The notes beneath the pieces are model-generated. The model made no database searches. It saw nothing but the letters and a program-made list of their open reading frames with translations, and was not told the DNA's origin. From NCBI RefSeq assembly GCF_000150275.1, contig NW_002060960.1:1212030-1229666 (forward strand): DNA of 17,637 bases. The letters run 5' to 3'. The translations under genes and the position numbers were made by a program. Source of the DNA: Trichoplax adhaerens (lineage: Eukaryota; Animalia; Placozoa). Shown piece after piece: positions 10,000 to 17,637 of this stretch. Numbering within the stretch: position 1 is the stretch's first letter; every line of letters starts with the position of its first letter.

Positions 10000-11292
10000 T
10001 GTAAAGTTTGGATGGCCGCTAAAGAGATTCAGCTATACGATAGAGGATACTGGTTGACTGTATAGACTTCTAGAATCCCAAATCTAAACTCTGTCTAATG
10101 GTGTAACGATACAGCAGCGCTTTAGTACAGTAATCAAATAGATGCACACTGTTACAGAAAAGACCAAGCTTTTTATTCTTATATTTCAATCAAGCAATTA
10201 GTAATTATTAAGAGATAGAATCGGGACAAAAACCTGAAACAATAACTACAACTCAATAAGAATATTATGATATAGGAAACTATTTATTTTGCTAGGTGTG
10301 GCGATAGAATAAACATACTAGCGAAAATGTATCCTGTTACCATAGCTGCAAGTGCATAAATAAGTAGATAACGATTCTTAGATCTTAGATCTTATTATGA
10401 ATGGATAATCTCAATGCTACTTATTCTATCTACTACTGGATTACCATAGCTACAATTGTATAAATGAAAAGGAGATCACTGCTCTTGGGCCACAAGGTGA
10501 ATGGGATAATCTTAAATGCTGCTATTATTGTTTGCAAAGAATAAATTAAGTTAGTGGGCTGCGGCTGATGATAAAACGCTGAAATATACTAGGATAATAC
10601 TAATTCTTAACTTTCAGTGTCGATATACCGTCTACCTATCTGCTGATGTATGTTAATAATTATTATAACCCAGGAAATATTCTACTGTTGTTTGTACATT
10701 TCCAAATTTTTCGAGTTTTCCTGAATCCATATTTATAGAGCCTATTTATTGCTTCCACTCAGAAATTCTTAAACTATATAATATATAGTGATATATTGGA
10801 AACATTTCTTCGATTATAAAGTACCTTTAGGAAGATATAAGCTGTGGATTTCGTTGTTTATAAATTTCTAAACTTTCCAATCTTTCCTTAATAATTCGTA
10901 TTTAAAATTTTCAAAAGCACCTTATTTCTCAATAAGATAGGCATCAAGTTTGTAATAATTTGCATTAGCAGAATTGATTTGCTATTAAGTAATCTATTGC
11001 GCAACTGCAAATACCAGTCTTTTAGTTGAGCTTAGGATAAATATTATGACTTTCGTTGTAGGTTATAGTAATGTACAGTATTAATAATACACATTACTCT
11101 TGCTGGATCTATCATTAAAGTTATAAGTTATTAATAAGATAAGTTAATTTAGATCTCTTCTGAAATCTTATTATCGTCACGAATCGAGCAAACAATCGGA
11201 GTAGCTAGCATGTTTTCTGAGTCAGACACACTAAACACAATTATAACAAAAAGGAAGTAAAGTTTATCAATTTCTAGTTTTGTTACTCTCAT
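10000..11292 (-). pseudogene. Decayed intronless secreted/membrane LRR protein gene
   Basis: ATG at 11292 opens MRVTKLEIDKLYFLFVIIVFSVSDS (signal-peptide-like; 47 aa to stop at 11149). LRR pieces follow across stops and frameshifts: INLSY, QLKDWYLQ (11028-11005), IDYLIANQFC*CKLLQT*CLSY (10997-10932), IEK*GAFENF, LESLEIYKQ (~10880-10854), LEK/LEMYKQ (~10715-10687), DGISTLK, TNLIY/FANNN, ALRLS, LNLFSGHP (~10033-10010). Confidence 0.65.
10337..10530. repeat. Diverged direct tandem duplication, period about 104 bp, inside the LRR relic
   Basis: ttaccatagctgcaagtgcataaat...tgaatggataatctcaatgctacttatt (from 10337) versus ttaccatagctacaattgtataaat...tgaatgggataatcttaaatgctgctattatt (from 10441). 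Confidence 0.65.
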
Positions 11293-12216
11293 TAATACGT
11301 GATAACAACTAATTAATCTGTAATCTGGTACTTGATGAAAAAATTTTAGTCTGAACTAACTGGTAATTCCTTTAAGAAACCCTAGAAGATTAATCTCTAA
11401 TTTTGTTCACTAATTCTCAAACGAGCACAAGTAGACTAAAGGCTACAGTACCTTACGATACGATAAAAAGCAGATATCCATGATCCGTTCTGCAATTAGT
11501 AAACTATACTGGATAAGAAAAGATTCATTAGATTCTGTAATAATTTTGCACCTTGAATTGAATTCAATGTGGTAGTCTGACAGAATAGTAGTGATTTAGT
11601 AGCAGTCTGGATTAGCATCAATTTAGCAAGAAAACAGTGCTTCAGCGGATGCGGTAGTCGAATAAGATTTATCGTAACTATTGGTATTAAACGATGAAGC
11701 CGTCATCATCTATATTGAGTAAGTCAGTTAAACTCTCGACAACAATAATAGCAACGATGGCTAAAATTTGAAGTAGAATTTAGCAGTATTAATGTTATGT
11801 TATACACTAAGAATAAAGACTCTTAAATTAAAAGCTAAACAAACTTCTAGCCTCTTATAGTACTTGTGATACAGCAGTCAGTCTAATTCACAGTATTATT
11901 TTGACTCCTTAGTTAGTAGGGGCTCGTTAAGTAGCTAGTAAAATAGTTTAGTCGATTACAAAGACAAGGTTGTGACAGTGCGTTATAACCATTCTTGGTA
12001 TAATAATTTATGGTTGTCAGAACTAATATTAATTAGGAGACTCCATTTTCTAATACCGTTTATATGATGCAGGAACAGTTTCTAGTGTAATAGAGGGATC
12101 GATTGGTACACAATAATGGTAACACAACGACTAGCATAATCAAATTGATGATTGTGATATATACCGATCACGAGATTCCAAATTTTAGAAAAATAAGGGC
12201 TTTATTGAATCTTATA

Positions 12217-13178
12217 CAAAGATTAACTACACACTGCTATACTCTTGCCGAATACTACTACTAAAGACTTCTACAACGAACTAACAGAATAATCTAAAGT
12301 TGCATGCTTTTATACTTTCCATAGCATTCGCAGCTACAATCCGCATGGCAACCTTTTACCTTATTTTACACATAGTAAATTATTCTTAGTAACACTATTC
12401 TACTGTAATAATTTAGCTTTATTTTGCTAAGATACACTAAGGTTGGTGACACTTTGAACCAAGATAGAGATTAGGGGAACAACACCAGTTTATTAATATA
12501 CTTTACTTTATAAATTAAAAAGCCGTTTAAGTGAGTCTTGTTTTCAGTGGAGTCTTCTGCGCTGTAGTCCTGTTTGCAGTTCTTGGTGTTAATCGAAGTC
12601 GTGGTCCTATCCACTAGAGGTCGTGTAACTTAAGAAGAGATCGTAAGTTGTCTTGTTTGGTAAACTTTATAGATCATTTCGCTTGTTAGTTTCATATAGT
12701 GTTCAGCCGTATTGTTATACCTATTGCAAGACTTACTTAAACGGCTTTTTAATTTATAAAGTAAAGTATATTAATAAACTGGTGTTGTTCCCCTAATCTC
12801 TATCTTGGTTCAAAGTGTCACCAACCTCAGTGTATCTTAGCAAAATAAAGCTAAATTATTACACTACTGCGGACCATAATTAATCCGATATGGATACGAC
12901 TACAGTATTTACGTAGACATTATTCTCACCAGCCAAAGTAAAATGAATTAACCATATCCTAATATATGATTTACAGTTCTATTTTTACCTATAGCCTTAT
13001 TAGTAACTCAACACCTTACTGTATATAGTCATCTGTACTCTAGCATAGAGTCTATACCACTACAGCCTATAGCTATGGCTACCAAATATCTCTTAGGATA
13101 ATTATAGAAGTTACGCTACCGTACATTATACTAAACATGGCTAACAGTCTACAATCACAATACTAAGTTACATTACAA
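12217..13178 (+). repeat. Old dispersed repeat, copy B, interrupted by the TIR element
   Basis: Same colinear blocks as 7755-8360 on both sides of the 12404-12863 insertion. Confidence 0.8.
12404..12863. mobile_element. 460-bp non-autonomous element with 137-bp terminal inverted repeats, TGT...ACA termini and 4-bp TSD (Ginger-like MITE or foldback solo-LTR)
   Basis: Left TIR 12404-12540 and right TIR 12727-12863 match at 135/137 (mismatches at 12439/12828 and 12533/12734). 186-bp spacer without a long ORF. CTAC direct repeat at 12400-12403 and 12864-12867. Confidence 0.92.
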
Positions 13179-13289
13179 TGATATAGGTGAGTAGAAATGG
13201 CATGCTTTCCTAATGAATAGCCTAGCTATATTACTACAATCCTGTCAAAGCATTGTATCTTAAACATTTAATTTCTGCTTCCCTTCGTG

Positions 13290-13963
13290 CCTACCAGTAT
13301 GAAAGATTTACACCATCAAAGTAACGACATTTAATATTAGAATATGCCACTTCACTTCACTCATAACGACTTAAGAATGTCATCCTACGAACAGAGATTG
13401 CCAATGATCAAGTCCACGCTTGTCAAATCATAAAGTTACTTCTGTCCTTTCAGTAACCTAGTATTTGTAAATAAAATTGTAACCAAGTGCATTAGTATTA
13501 CCCAAACACCATCTAATTAAGACTGTAATCTTCACAAAGTTCTCTTGTAATTGTATTTATCCAGATAAATAAATCTAGAACAAATCTTACCGCTATAATC
13601 TATGGCCCATCTTGTATCCTTGACCTTTCTCACCACATATTATTGTCTTATTGAATGAAATTGTAATTTCTTCATGTTAAAATGGTAATGTTATTATCAT
13701 CATCTCGCTTTTCTACTAAATCTATCAAAATCTTTAATCATAATAATCAGACTTTGACCAAAATGGAAAGTACTTTAATTATTGTAAGTAACTTTTCCCA
13801 AATACTTTTAGCGCTCAAGTGCGGAAGTCTATTTAGGTAAACTCCATCTTGCATCACTGCCGTCTAATTACTCTGTCTTCGTTTTAAACAAGTATTTTCG
13901 TTTCACTTGCAGGTAGTAGAATGGATATAACAGGAGAATAGTATTGTAATGAGTCAATTATTA
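13290..13963 (-). pseudogene. Decayed CARD-like plus small-GTPase-like gene fragment
   Basis: After a strong acceptor (ttttctctttag): IIDSLQYYSPVISILL...ETKILV*NEDRVIR /fs/ VMQDGVYLNRLPHLSAKSIWEKLLTII (death-fold-like), then KTIICGEKGQGY (13649-13614, G1-like). Donor at 13590, acceptor at 13458, then VTL*FDKRGLDHWQSL (DxxG) and AYSNI/NVVTLMV. Many stops; identity inferred from motifs only. Confidence 0.4.
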
Positions 13964-15326
13964 CTAAAGAGAAAATCTCCTTATTCGGTGTTTTACACGT
14001 CTATATTTGCTATCCAGCTCAATTTCAATTTTATTCTAAAATTAAAAATAAACAAGACAATGAAAAGGATAGAGTTTAATTGCCTTCTACTCTTGCCACA
14101 AGTAGCCTCTAATATTTAACTAGAATGTGTTGATTAAATGTAGTGCGAAACTTTTCTATGTTAGCTTGTGAAAGCAAGTCGTTTGTTATTATAGTTTAAA
14201 TTTTCATCTACTAGTAATAAATAAAAGATAGTCTTTCATCATTGTAGATTAAAACTCTATCGTTAAGAGTGTAGTCTAATTTTGCACATTAATTATTAAA
14301 GTTTCAGTCTATTCCATACCTAGTTCACAGTTATAATTACTAAAAATATCATGGGACACGTTAAAATTGTTTCTATTCTATATTAATTCTGTTCCTTTTA
14401 TTTTCATGACGTTAGCATTAATCTCTATAAAAACTCTCAAACACTTAAAATGCTTTCTCGCCATTCCTAGTGATCTCACTAGGATGCAAAGCCCGCTACT
14501 AACCGACAGTAAAATTCAAATCAATATTGTTCATTTTGGCTATGCATTATGTGGCCGTACAGCACAAGGTTTCGGCTTCAATCGTATCCTGAAAATTCAT
14601 CAAGACTTTTAGTTATTATATGGAATCCTGCAGCGTACAAACTAACGTACTCAAGAAAGACGTGTTTGTAGTATCACCAATCCAGTTTATACCTAATGTA
14701 TCTCATGTTTCCTTCTAGACATTGAGTATTAACTAATTTTAATGTTGTACCCCACCTGTAGGATACAATTATTCTACTTTCCGTCATCCATTTGCATCAT
14801 CATAAATCGATTTGACATTAGTATTCCTCTCATGTTGTCCTATACACAGATCAATCTTCCTTAATGCTGTAGGATAAAACAGATTTATTTCACATATTGT
14901 TTACACCATGGTAAATTCATTGGGTACTGTACAGATTACTGTATTCGCTTCGTATTAGACACAGATTAGTGCATTGAAAAGTGTGCTGTGTACTGATCAA
15001 TCTTATTTTCTTAATGCTTGAAGGGCAAAAGGAATAGTGTATCACGGTAACATTTTTGAATTTTGCATACGCGTATATCATTCAGTAACGATTTATTTTT
15101 TAGGGTAAAATCATGAACTACAGTATATTAATAGACTGTCCTCGCAAAACTGTGCTGCGATCGGCCAAGTTTTACCCGCTATTTGCCCTCATTTAGTTAA
15201 CTGTCAAAGCAGAAACGATTCATGAAAAAAGAGCGTTGTAAACGTCAAAAAAGAGTAATTGATATACTGTAAGTGATTAACCGTCATGATAGCTTTTTCG
15301 ATACATCACAGGTATAGTAAAATCAT

Positions 15327-15644
15327 TCATTGCCAGATAATGATGTTCACAACCATTAACTCAACTTTGTTGAGGTCAATATAACGGCTTCTAGTTATAA
15401 AACTGCAATCGTATTGATCGCCATCTTCAATGTTGTCGATGTAGTCGATGTAAGTAGCATCACCCACGAATTGTTCTTTCAAAGCTTTGCTTCCACTCAT
15501 AATACAATTGGCAATGGTGTATAAGTTCAATATTTCGTTAATAAACACTTTTTATTACTGTTACTTTAGCAATTACAACCTCATACAGTACAACAGTAAA
15601 CCTTGGGATTGGATTTTCATTATCTGGTAGATGCATATAATCGT
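15327..15644 (-). pseudogene. Decayed Ras-like small GTPase exon
   Basis: Long pyrimidine tract plus AG at 15645: PRFTVVLYEVVIAKVTVIK /+1 in A5 run at 15553-15549/ VFINEILNLYTIAN...KEQFVGDATYIDYIDNIEDGDQYDCSFITRSRYIDLNKVELMV. Colinear with the Ras pattern KLVVVG..GKS..FI..Y.PTI...K.V.IDG...LDILDTAG.EEY..MR..Y...FL.V, but the G1/G3 glycines are lost. Confidence 0.4.
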
Positions 15645-17128
15645 CTATCATGAATGAGAAAAACAAAATAAATAAAAATGATCGTGTCTCTCTTGCTAAA
15701 CTGTAAAAGGCTACAAAACGTTCTATTCTCCTCTTGTAGAATACTTTTTAACTCATTAGTTTGTTATTACTCTTGAATTGTGATAGAAACAGTTCAATTC
15801 TCATTCTCTCGATCGGCTACCAACTCATACAGCCAATTAGCATCGTAATCAAAGGCCTCGTCAATGCCATGGCACTGCTTCACTATTTTCTATCGGTACT
15901 TTGCAAGAGTTAATAACGCAATGACATTAAGTTTCGGCAGCAAGCTACGGACTTAGAAGGACTGATTAATAAAGTGATATGAACAAGAAACGAAACTTCC
16001 TGTCACATTATTCTCGGCCACTTTATCACATATTACAATCATAAAGCTATTGTAAGGTTGAATCTTAGACTTTATTTAGAAAATAATCTTGTTGATAATG
16101 ACACTCTTAAATTCTAATTTAAAAATGAACGCTCTACTATAATTCTTCTGTTTCAATCAAACTTTTTAAAACGTTATTGCTATATATCGCTAGGGAGTAA
16201 ATTGACGTCATGGAACTACGTGTTATCGCAAAATCTTGGATATTAATCATATCCTTTAACATGATATCACCTTAGCACATGATGGGCAGAACGCATAAAT
16301 TTTTAAGTAATTAAGTATGCGGATACGATCTTAAACACTAAAAATGCGAACCTGATATTCGCTCTTAGTCTTACGTCTATAACAGTAGCAATAGAATAAA
16401 GCCATTCATTGAAAATTCAACGCCGCACAATTAAGGAAACAAGCTTTCTTACCCTATTTTACCACTTGTAAGCCATATAAAATTATTTAAAGCATATCCA
16501 TTTCACAATAAAAATAAAAACGCAACGTCAAATACTAACACCAATTAATTTACTTCATAGGTAAAACGTTTTAATCAATTTTTGTTTCATTAGCATATTA
16601 AAATAGTATTCTCAAGATGTAATAATCTAATGTAAATAGGATGTATTCAATCTAAATTTTTTTGAAGAAATACACTTGGTAAGTAAACTACTAAATAAGC
16701 GTTCTCCCGTTATTGCATAACAATTACCGATATAAAGCATTAGCTTAGTGACAGTGATGATTCTGTGCGAAGTCGTAATCATTACGCCACGTAATTCTAA
16801 TAGGAGTAAAATTCACAAAGAAAGACGGCTGAGCGAATTGCGAATTATGATTACCATTAAAATGCTTTCACCCTTTGCAAGCAAGTAATAAAATAAAACG
16901 AACAACATTAGATGCTAAACAGAGAAGTAGACGATGCAAATTGTTGCTTTAAATCTTAATGAAAAATAATATTGAATTCTATGAGAAAAATCTATAACAC
17001 TACCGAACGTATTGAAGTAGAAAATAATATGCCACATCATGTTAAGTGAATCATGTAATTTAGCACCGATAGAGCACTTAAAGTTATGTATAAATGCAGT
17101 GGGTGGAACACGTACACAGTAAATATAT

Positions 17129-17574
17129 CTACGTGTTACTTAGTTTCCTTTTGGTTCCTTTCCATTTTCCCTTTCCGCATTTTTCTAAGATTTTTATCAC
17201 TGGCGAGTTAATGGTAGATAGAACCTCACAAAATACACCAAATGCTCGATTACCACATTCCGGTAAAATGTCCAACAATTTTCCCATTTTTCTGTGATAA
17301 TAGTTGTCACAGTTTATATTATCCTCATAATACATTTTTACAACTAAGCTATATCATCGTATCGTATTGCAGACTTACTTATAATCGGTTGGCTTGCGTA
17401 GAATCTCTTCCTTTAGATAAAATGTTAGAATTTCTCGACTGTATAAGTGATTACAAATAGGCTCGACGCTTGATTGACATTCCTCAATAATTTTGACGTA
17501 AAGGCTGCGTAAGATTTTTTTATGTATTTCCAACATTCCCAAATCGCTGTTCTTACGTATTGGCGTTTTTGATG
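17129..17574 (-). CDS. CARD-domain protein: two intact exons (17574-17379 and 17291-17129); upstream exon(s) probably outside the window
   Basis: Phase-2 87-nt GT-AG intron joins MLEIHKKILRSLYVKIIEECQSSVEPICNHLYSREILTFYLKEEILRKPTDYK to KMGKLLDILPECGNRAFGVFCEVL, a typical CARD pattern (LLDILPxxGxxAFxxFxxxL). No lesions. Ends in basic KGTKRKLSNT*. Confidence 0.88.
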
Positions 17575-17637
17575 CTGAAGCAAATAATCAAACAATATTT
17601 AAGTTAATTATTTGTCGCTTATGTAATATTATAAGAT

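Noticed and set aside
10440-10980. Plus-strand reading resembling an intronless SRCR-MAM retrocopy (EWDNL/NAAIIVCKE, AAADDK...NFQC)
   Set aside because: The minus strand of the same DNA gives a more coherent signal peptide plus repeated LRR consensus matches, so the plus-strand likeness is most likely chance.
12404-12863. Interpretation of the inverted repeat as a miRNA gene or an assembly fold-back artefact
   Set aside because: Defined TGT/ACA ends, an exact 4-bp TSD, two arm mismatches, a unique spacer and an empty-site paralog all indicate a genuine transposon insertion.
14465-14484. Short palindrome TCCTAGTGA-TC-TCACTAGGA
   Set aside because: 9-bp arms with no associated TSD, T-tract or Helitron-type end recognised; compatible with chance.
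15327-15548. NB-ARC Walker B/sensor reading of IDYIDNIED...CSFITRSR (Apaf-1-like, given the upstream CARD)
   Set aside because: Spacing from the putative P-loop strand and the overall colinearity fit a Ras-type fold better. Kept as an alternative to be settled by profile search.
14367-17460. Track ORFs 14367-14612+, 17094-17297+ and 17242-17460+
   Set aside because: Antisense to the CARD exons or to decayed minus-strand sequence; no independent support.

Overview
AT-rich eukaryotic (animal) genomic DNA with short GT-AG introns. A compact early-branching metazoan such as a placozoan is my guess from composition and gene content, not something the sequence proves. No prokaryotic features, RNA genes or CRISPR arrays were seen. 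The window reads as a cluster of innate-immune/receptor genes in different states of decay. (1) A 17-exon minus-strand gene (9857->1769) whose exons join in consistent phase into a ~914-aa mosaic: signal peptide - LRRNT - LRRCT-like - partial CUB-like - MAM - Kringle - SRCR - SRCR - MAM - GPI-type tail. It carries a dead first donor (AT instead of GT), two in-frame TAGs and at least one frameshift, so it is probably a young pseudogene. (2) Two heavily decayed intronless LRR gene relics (+ at ~60-704; - at ~11292-10000). (3) A 460-bp element at 12404-12863 with TGT...ACA ends, 137-bp near-perfect terminal inverted repeats and a 4-bp CTAC target duplication. It sits inside an older dispersed repeat whose empty second copy lies in intron 3 of gene 1. 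(4) Two intact CARD-coding exons at the right edge, followed by decayed segments resembling Ras-like small GTPase domains and a second CARD-like unit. All calls come from manual reading and translation; no searches were run.
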